Virus record (IMG/VR): IMGVR_UViG_3300032208_000095 | Location: 1-24,494 of that record | Source of the DNA: a virus | Taxonomy: Duplodnaviria > Caudoviricetes | DNA length: 24,494 nucleotides | Strand: one strand, 5' to 3' | Part shown: in pieces, positions 14,346 to 23,300 of the stretch | How positions within the stretch are numbered: position 1 is the first letter of the stretch | Layout of the letters: each line of letters opens with the position of its first letter | The notes under the pieces: model-generated | Told to the model about the DNA's origin: nothing | Databases searched by the model: none | What the model saw: the letters and a program-made list of their open reading frames with translations, nothing else | Translations under genes and position numbers: made by a program

Positions 14346-17300
14346 TAACTGTCTCACTAGTTGCTACCCACTTAGGACCACCAGTTCTAGTGAAGTAGTT
14401 GTTGATGCCTGCGATCTGCATTGCACCATCACTTTCGATGGAGAACATCTCTCCTTCATTCTCATCCTTAACAACAACTCTTCTATCCTGTGCCTCACCA
14501 GCGCCATCTCTGAAGGTCATGTCAAGACCACCAGTATTGACTACGATAGATCCACCAAACTTGCTAGGACCGCTTCCTAGTGCTGATAGAGAACCATATA
14601 CGGTGAAGTCTCCCGAAGAATTGATAAACTCAAGTCTTGGAACTGTTTGATCTGCAACACCATCTTCATCCTTGCCATAGAAACGCATGTCTCCAAGACT
14701 GAAGATGCTTCCAGTTGCAGTATCAACTTGGAAAGTGACAGCTTCTTGAACATCTGAATTGCCACCATTGGTTAGAGTTAGGAACTCAGTGTTGCCCTGA
14801 GGTGTTAGTTTGAAGATCTCACTGTTTCCAAATGGTGTAGGAACACCAGCAACTTCAAAGTCCGCAGATCCAACATTAGCAGCAAACGTAGATCCTCTGA
14901 GAGTGATCGTGTTGTTTGTAGTTAGAGTTCCCTGTGTAACAGTATTGCCAGTGTCAGAATCAACAGTGAATCTGTTGAATCCAGTACCAGCAAGGATATC
15001 ACCGAAGATGTAAGTATCACCTGTTGTAGATTCAACCTTGAATACTTCAGCAGCAGGATCACCACCATCATTGACACTCAATGACTGAGGTGAAGTAGTA
15101 ATGAGTGCTTCGATAGATACGAATTCAGTACCAGTTAGTCTGAGTAGGTCTCTGGTGGAGATTGTACCACCAAATTCTGCAACACCGATTCTTACATTAC
15201 CAGTGCCATTGCCAATACCGCTTTCAGGAATATCAATGTTTCCATCTAGATCAAGGTCAGAACCAGTAATGTAGGAAGCATTAGATTGCTTGACTAGTTT
15301 AGCAATTACACAGTTATCAGGGTGATTATCATATACACCAGTGCCTTCTTGACCTCTGCTAACAATCAGTCTGTATCCGTTAGGATCAGCAGGGTTAGCA
15401 ACGTTAGCAAGACCGACAACACGAACAATCTCACTCTGTGATTCATCTCTTAGACCAGTTAATTCATTTGGTGCAACACCAACAGTGTCTGGAGATGCAG
15501 GATCACCTCTATCAATTAGGAGAAGATCACCAACTCTGAAGTCAGTAACTGTTGGAGTTGTAATTGGTAGGAAATATGTCTGACCAGCATCGTTGGTAGC
15601 ACCAACATTGAAGGTAAGATCTCCACCACCAACTCCACCACCGAGTTGATCATTAGTAATTGTAAGTGTATCGCCAGCAACATATCCAGAACCAGGAGAT
15701 TCAACAGTGATGTCGATTGTGCTATCAGCACGAACAAGAACTGTGAATGTTGCACCAACACCAAGACCAGTAGTGGTTGCAGTTAGGAACGAATATGTTG
15801 CAGATGGTCTGAATTCAGCGCCGTTATTGACAATGGTGTCGATAGAAGCAATCTGACCACCAGCAAGCAAGAATGCATTGGATCCCCAGGTAGAAACACC
15901 TGCAGTATCAATGAACTTACCAGTAGTTTGATACTTGTAGAAGTCAATGTTTGGATTCTCTAGTCCGCCAACATTGTGTGCTACAATTGTTGTTCCAAAC
16001 TTACCTCTTCCGATCTCAAGAATACCAGCATTTAGACCACCGTCTAGTCTGATATTACCCTCAACAACAGCAGATGCAAGGACATTCAGTGTGTTTCTAA
16101 CAGTGGTGAAACCACCAGTAGAACCCATCTGCAGTTGAGTAGCGTTAACAGCAAAGTTAACTGTATTTGTTTGGTCTCCATCGAAGATATCAACAACTCT
16201 AGTCTGAGTGAATAGTCTAGAGGTGCTGGTTCCAGCGCCGTAGCGTGTGCCAATCTCAAGTTCGCCAGCGATTAGTGTCTGTCTTGTGCCAATCTCAGTG
16301 AATGATGCAGTGTTGCCCCATGCACCACCAAGAGTGATCTCACAGTTATTAGCAACATCATCATTAACGCTAGCAATATCAACAATCGCGTTAGTAGAAT
16401 TTCTATGAATTCTTAGCGATGTTTCTGTCGCAGCATTACCAATCTGGATTGTTTGATTGCTAGAAGAGTTAGCAATGTTGATGCTCTGATCAACGTTAGT
16501 GTTGTTCAGGAAGTTAAAGATCTGACCTTCACCTGCCCAGTTTAGAATGTTTGCATTCTGTGGGACGAAGTTGAATGTGTTGTTAGTAGTGGTTAGATCG
16601 CCACCATTAACTTGGATGTCAGAACTGAACTCAGTGTCTCCAGTAATTCTACCAGTACCAACAACAACCAAAGTCTGATCTAGGTTGTTTTGTGGATTAA
16701 CAACATCATTAACTGAAGTGTTAATACCAAGTCTGCCACCGTTAGTGGTCATGACTCTCAATACTGCATCATCATCAGGATCAGTGCTGTCTCCGCCAAC
16801 TAGCAGAGCGTTATCCATTGGATTCTCAGTTCTAGCAACTGTAGTCTCCGTTAGGAAGTTAGGAACAGTCTTGCCACTGATGAATACATTACCAACAACA
16901 TCTAGGTTCGCTCTTGGATCAGTCTCATCAGAGATCCATGCAGTCTGTGTTGCAATGTGTGCAGCACGAGCAATAGTGTTGATGCCAAGTTTGTAATCAC
17001 CAATAGTCTCAGTGTTAGTTCTGAGTGCTTCAGCACCAACAACTCCCATCTCTTTCCAGTTAGAGTTGGAGAAGTCAATAGTTGGAGCAACTTGACCTTG
17101 GGGAACATCAGTTACACCACCAGTTCCACGCCATGACAGTAGATTTACTGGGATAGCATCAGTAACTTGGAAATGTACATAGTTGTTTGCAGGATTGAAT
17201 GCATCGCCATTAGGACTATAAACCTGCCAGACAGAGTTCAGTCTGCTATCTGGATAGTTATTAACTCTGATCTGTGATCCAGAGGTAATACCAACTGCAC

Positions 17301-20300
17301 TGTTAGAAACATCAACACCATTGTCATCGACAAATGTAAGTTTGACAATATTAGTGCCATCAAATTCGATAGTGAAGATATTATTTTGTGGGATGGTTTG
17401 ATAGTAGTTTGCATAAATCCAACCCCAGGATCCAGTCTTACCAACCTCAACACCCTTGAGTAGGATGTCTCCTGCCTTAACAGCAACACCGTTGTAAGAT
17501 ACAAACTGGTTAGCATATACTCTATCACCACCATCTGCAGGGATGGAGTTGTTGTTAGGAGTAATATTTGAAGGAAGACCGTTGGTGATGTGCGTCTGAA
17601 TCTGGTATCCTTGACCAGTTCCTCTTGCATTGAATCCAAAGATTGCTGCTTGGACTCTATTCTTACTAATGCGGATATCACCGTCATTAACAACCTTGAA
17701 TGCAGTTCTATCAAGAGATTCGTCTTGCTCTAGGTTGGTGATAGGATCAACAGAGGATACATTTGAACGGATGATCAATGTATCGCGAACTTCTGTTAGA
17801 TCATTGTCCTGAACAGAGATAACAACTGGGGACTGGAATACGTTCTGTTGCGAACCATCACCACCAACAACTGTAATATTCTGATTGAATGTTACAGGTG
17901 TGTCAAAGGTGGTAACTAGGTTGCCGATATCCTCGTCGTCGTCTGCGCTAGACTCAAGAACTGCTGCTTCTAGGAATGTCTCTTCGCCAGTAATAGCGTT
18001 AATCTTTCTATTACCGATATAGAGGTCTCCATTAGAGTTGAGACCTGTGTAGAAGACGATACCAGCGTCCTGTTTCTTACTTTGGGCGTAGAAGTCCTCA
18101 GTAGGTGTTAGGACGATCTCTTGACGTGCTGGGAGACCAGTAGAGTAGTTGCCTGGTCCGAAACCAAGATACTCAAACGTGTGGTTTCCAGCACGAGCAA
18201 TAGATGGACGACGAAGTTCAACGTAGTATCTCTGATCTGCTAGAACTGTGCTATTACCAGAAATCTTGATCTTACGATCTTCTGAACCAGAAGTTGCATT
18301 ACCAGATTGTGCTTGGATTGCATTATCACCACTATAGTCATTCATGATGAATGCTGGTTGGTTGGTGAAATCTTCAACCAATTCTCTAGTAACAGAGTTC
18401 TTGTAGTCGTTAGTTGTTACAAGACCATGAATATAGTTGTCTGCTGCAGAGTAGGTAGCAGGTGGGTCGATAGACTGAACTGCTAGTGCTAGTTCTTCTG
18501 CAGAAGTACCATTCTTCTGGAACCATAGAGGATCGTTCTTGTAGTCTAGAGGATACAGTCTGCTGACTGGTTGTGAGAATTTAAACTTACGGAAGTTGCC
18601 GCCTGCACCCGCACCAGTTGGGAATGGTGAGATATTACCACGTAGGCAAGAGAGATAGTAGACACCATCTTGCTGACCTGCGATTCTACGCTGTAGGGTC
18701 TCATAACTGAAGACATAGAATGTGTCATCAATGATTCCTGCATCCTCAACACTCTCAACATAGTATTCAATACCAGCGTCGTCTTGGATACGATCACCAG
18801 GAGTGATAGTATAAACGTTAGCGCCGTTTTGCTTGTAAAAATACTCAGGATAATTTTTTCTGATTAGTGTTTTTAGAGGTAGCGATTTGCCCATGTCCTG
18901 ATCCTCAAGCATGGTAGCAAATGTGCTGCCCTGTTGGAATCTGGTCTCATAATACTCACTGAACTCTAGTTTGCCACCACGAATGTTCTTCAGGATGAGA
19001 TAGTGCTCACCATTTACAGTCATGTAAGCATGGAGGTTAGCAAGACCAGTAGAGTTTCCAGACCATGTAATCTGGTTTGCAGTAACACTTTCAGTCTTAT
19101 TAACTGTCCATTCACCACCCTGAGGTGCATTGATCTTAACTGTAGTAAATGACTCGTTCCTTAAACCAGAGAAGTTAAGAGTATCAACAGTATGATCAAA
19201 TACTGTCATCTCTAGATACTGAATGGTAGGATCTAGAGTGTCCTCAACATAACGTGCTGATTGAATTGTCGCCTGAATACCAGAGTTAAATCTAGCAAAT
19301 GCAGGAGACAGATAAGGATCATACGCTGCATCGATGTTTAGTGAATTAGCATCAAAGTTTGCTTGGTTTACACCAATGAATTCACCTGCCTGTCTTGGGT
19401 TCTCGAAACGAGCACCATATACAGTTCCTGCTACTGGCTTGAGTAGGAGTTTCTGTGGTACTAACTTACGAGTATCGTCAGTTCTTGTCTTAAGAACAAA
19501 TCCATTAATAGGATCTCTTGCATTCTCGATGTACTTAGGAATGACATAACGAATCTTGTAAGTTCTGTCATCTGCACCACGCTCATCTTCGAGACGTGTA
19601 AACCAAGTATCAGTAGATCTGTTTCTATCTGCTAGGTCAGATTGCTTGATTCTCCAGAAAATATTCTGCTCTCTGACTGCTAAGAAGTTATTGCTAGATC
19701 CTTCATCCTTACAGTTTACATACCACTTACCAGACTTATTAGTTAGTCTGGAGAATGCTGGGTCAAACTTAACAGGTGATCTGCGCTTGTTAGCATATAC
19801 ATTAAATGTAATTGTCTGACCAGGAACGAATGTAATTGGATTTACATTGTTGATAGCATCTGCATGAGTCTTGTGGATTGTGAAGACTCTATCATTCTGA
19901 TAGCGTGCGAAGAATTCAATCTGGGGATTGATCTTACCAAAGTTTGCATCGTTAGGATCTTGTACTGCAACGTCAGCATCTGCTGCATACGTTGTAGAAA
20001 CTTCAGGTAGTGTTCCACCCTCAACCTCTCTAAAGAACACCTTATGAGGTGTTACAGAAGCAAATGGTACATCGAAGATGTGAGGAACATCGGTCTCAAT
20101 ACCAGCATTAACTGCACTGGTTAGTTTTGCTTTATAGTTGTGTAGATCATACTTCTCATCAAGAACGAACTGGTAGATATCGATTTCAACATCCTTATCG
20201 ATGCTCTCTGATTCAGATGAATAGAGATAGATACCTGCTGCAGCATTCTCTCTAGAAGTTGCAAGCATCAACTTAGTCTGATCACTACCATTGAAGAAGG

Positions 20301-23300
20301 TAGTATTGCTGAAGTCATTAGGTGCTGTTGTTCTACCAGGAGCAATTACATAGTATGTTGTATTGGTGTCAAAACCGTTAGGTAGTCTGACAAGACGCTT
20401 ATCAACATCAACAAACTTACCTAATGCAACATCAAAACGAGGACGTGGAACCAGTCTGACTGGTGTACCAGTTTCAAAGTCGTGTGGGTTGGATACACCA
20501 GTGCCGCTAGTATTGATAGTAAATACCGTTGCTCTAGATGCAAACAGTGAGATGTTAGCAGTCTGTTCTACTCTTGTTACACTGCCAAGACCACTATTGA
20601 TGATCGTAGTGATATTTCCAATCAGAGTTTCGATTGCATCAGCAGTGCCAGCACACTCTCTTTGAGATGGAGATGTAAGAGTATCTTGAATAACATCTGG
20701 ACCTTCAGACTCAGGACCAACAGTAACCGTAGTTGGTTCTGTATCTGCCCATGAACCTTGTGGGAATACAAAGTATAGATTTGTAGTTGTGCTATTGACC
20801 TGTGCTAGGACAGAAGCACCTTGATCAAGTTTAGAACCTCTGATGCCAAGTTCAATCTCAGTATTGCTGACGATTCTCTTGACATAAGTCTCTTCAGGAA
20901 TGTTTGCAAAGTTTCTGGTTGCACCATCCTGTAGCAATCCATTTACATATGCAGGATTGACTAGATCGGTCTCATCATACTCAGCAACACTCATTCCAAT
21001 AAGAACACCACGAGTATCACCGATATCAACGATTGCAGAACCAGCAGTTGTGGTACAGTTATATGCTAGGAAGTCGAAGTTTCTCATGGCAGCAGTTGCC
21101 ATCTGTCCGACATAGTTCCATGCATCGATGGTCTCTGTCTTCTCTCCGTCGATATACTCTAGTTGGTTGCCAACATAGTATGCTTCACCTGCCTGTACAG
21201 AGTTGATGTTGCCACCAAGTCTGAGGTCATTAACAACAGCATCAACAATGTAAGATACATCACGGAAGCACTTGGATGCTTCTGCGTCAGTGATGAAGGA
21301 TCCACGATTTACAACAGGGAGTCCTTCTAGGTTTGATCCAGTAAATGCATCGAGTGCAATATCAAATAGAGTTTCAACTGTGGAGCGGACGTTAGCACAA
21401 TCCCACTCACCATGATCAATTGGTGGGGGATCAAAGGTGCTAGTATTAGTAATATCAGTGATGATACCGATTAGAGTATCAATAGTCTGCAGAACATCAG
21501 AGCAATTGCCCAGTTCATAAGTAGTTGGTTGAGCTGGTTCTGTTCTAGTGATAAGACTAATATCACCAACACCAGCATCAGTACCGATTGATTGGATGAT
21601 GATACCCATTAGAGTATCAAATGCACTGACAACAGGAGCACAAGCGTTTGCACCGTATTGAGGTGAATCCCAATCATCTACTAGAGTGTTATCAAAGACT
21701 TGAGAAATTCCATTGTTAGCAGATACAGAAACTGGTCTGTTTCTAATAACATCTCTCGAAATTGTATTAACCTCGACAAATACTCTCGCTGCTTCATCAC
21801 GCTCAGGATCAAGGAATGTCTCTACCTGAACACCCTTCAGGATGCTATCAGTTGCTGCACTTACAAATGTATGTGCAGATGTATCAGAAGAGACACCTAC
21901 ATTGACAGTGATAGTGTTGAGTGTATGTGCAGTAATCTCAATCCATTGACCAGCATATGGATCACTGCCAGGACGTGGATAAGTATGCTGAGTAGCATTG
22001 TTGTCCAACTCGCAGGTGAATGTAATGCTGTTGTCAGCAATCTTAATGTAATCACCAGTGGTCATTCCATGACCAGGGATGCTGAAGACAGATACTCCAG
22101 TTGCAGGATCATATGATACATCAGTTGGAGTAAATCTCTCTGGATTTAGACCAGCAAAGATGTTAGTAACATATACTTCTGCAGCATCATAAGTCTTGCT
22201 GTTTCCACCAAACTTAAGGTTCCATGCAACCTGATCTAGAACGTTATAAACGTCGTCTAGACAATCTTGCTTGGTGTTTGTTGGTTGTGGTTCATATGAT
22301 GGGAATGCAGCAAGCATACGCTGATATGCTTCTTCTGCAATAAACTCCTTGTTTGCCATCAACTGATTATATCCATCAGCATAGATGTCTCCAAGGACTA
22401 CAGGATCACCTACAGCATCAAGGGTGATAGTGTTATCTTTATAGTGTAGTTGATTGTTGATTGCACGATTTACAGCATCAGCAACTCTCTTAAATGCGGT
22501 GATTGATTGAGCCTGCTCTCCAACTAGACCGTCTGGACGTGGAGCACCATCACGCATGAAGTATGCTCTTGCTGCAGCAATACAATACTCATTACCACCA
22601 AACCAGAGATCCTGTTGTACAGCATCAAGGATGTGTCCAATGTCTCTACGGCACTTGGATTCACCAATAGGTGATGAAGATCCTGTAGGAACAACATAGT
22701 TAGGATGACCTGGATCAGTGAGACTTGCATCATTACCTTGGTTGATAACCTGAGTAACAATAGATGTTAGTGATGCGATTGCATTCTGTACGTCAGTACA
22801 TGCTGCAGGATCTGTATTTGCTACATCACCATTACCATCGCCATAGATTGCTTCACCTGGACTAATGCCAGGGACATAACCAGGATCACCATCTACTCCA
22901 ACTTCACGCTCATTATAACCACCAGTTAGTTGGTTAGATACTGCTTGGATCATATGATCTCTAGCAGCATTGAATCCCCAGATGCTTTGTGCTTCTTCGC
23001 CCTGCAGACCACCTACGATCCAGTTAGGAGTACCAGAATATGTTCCACTGAAATACTGACTGATGAAGTCTCTAGTCCATCTGTTGCCACCAAGGAAGAT
23101 GTCCATACCGACAGCTTCAATGAAGTATCCTAGGTCTCTACGGCACTTCTCGTCGCTGTTATTAGGGAAGACAAAAGTAGGGAACTGAGCATTGATTGCA
23201 TCAATAGCATACTGAATAGTATCAGCAGAGTTTCTTCTGATAAAGCGATATGCTGACTTGAAACGTGATCTGGATGTCTCCTGATCATCTTCAGGGAAGT

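Noticed and set aside
18854-18861. A-AAA-AAT possible -1 slippery site in an A-rich patch of the giant gene
   Set aside because: The -1 frame stops within three codons and I see no stimulatory structure; likely chance.
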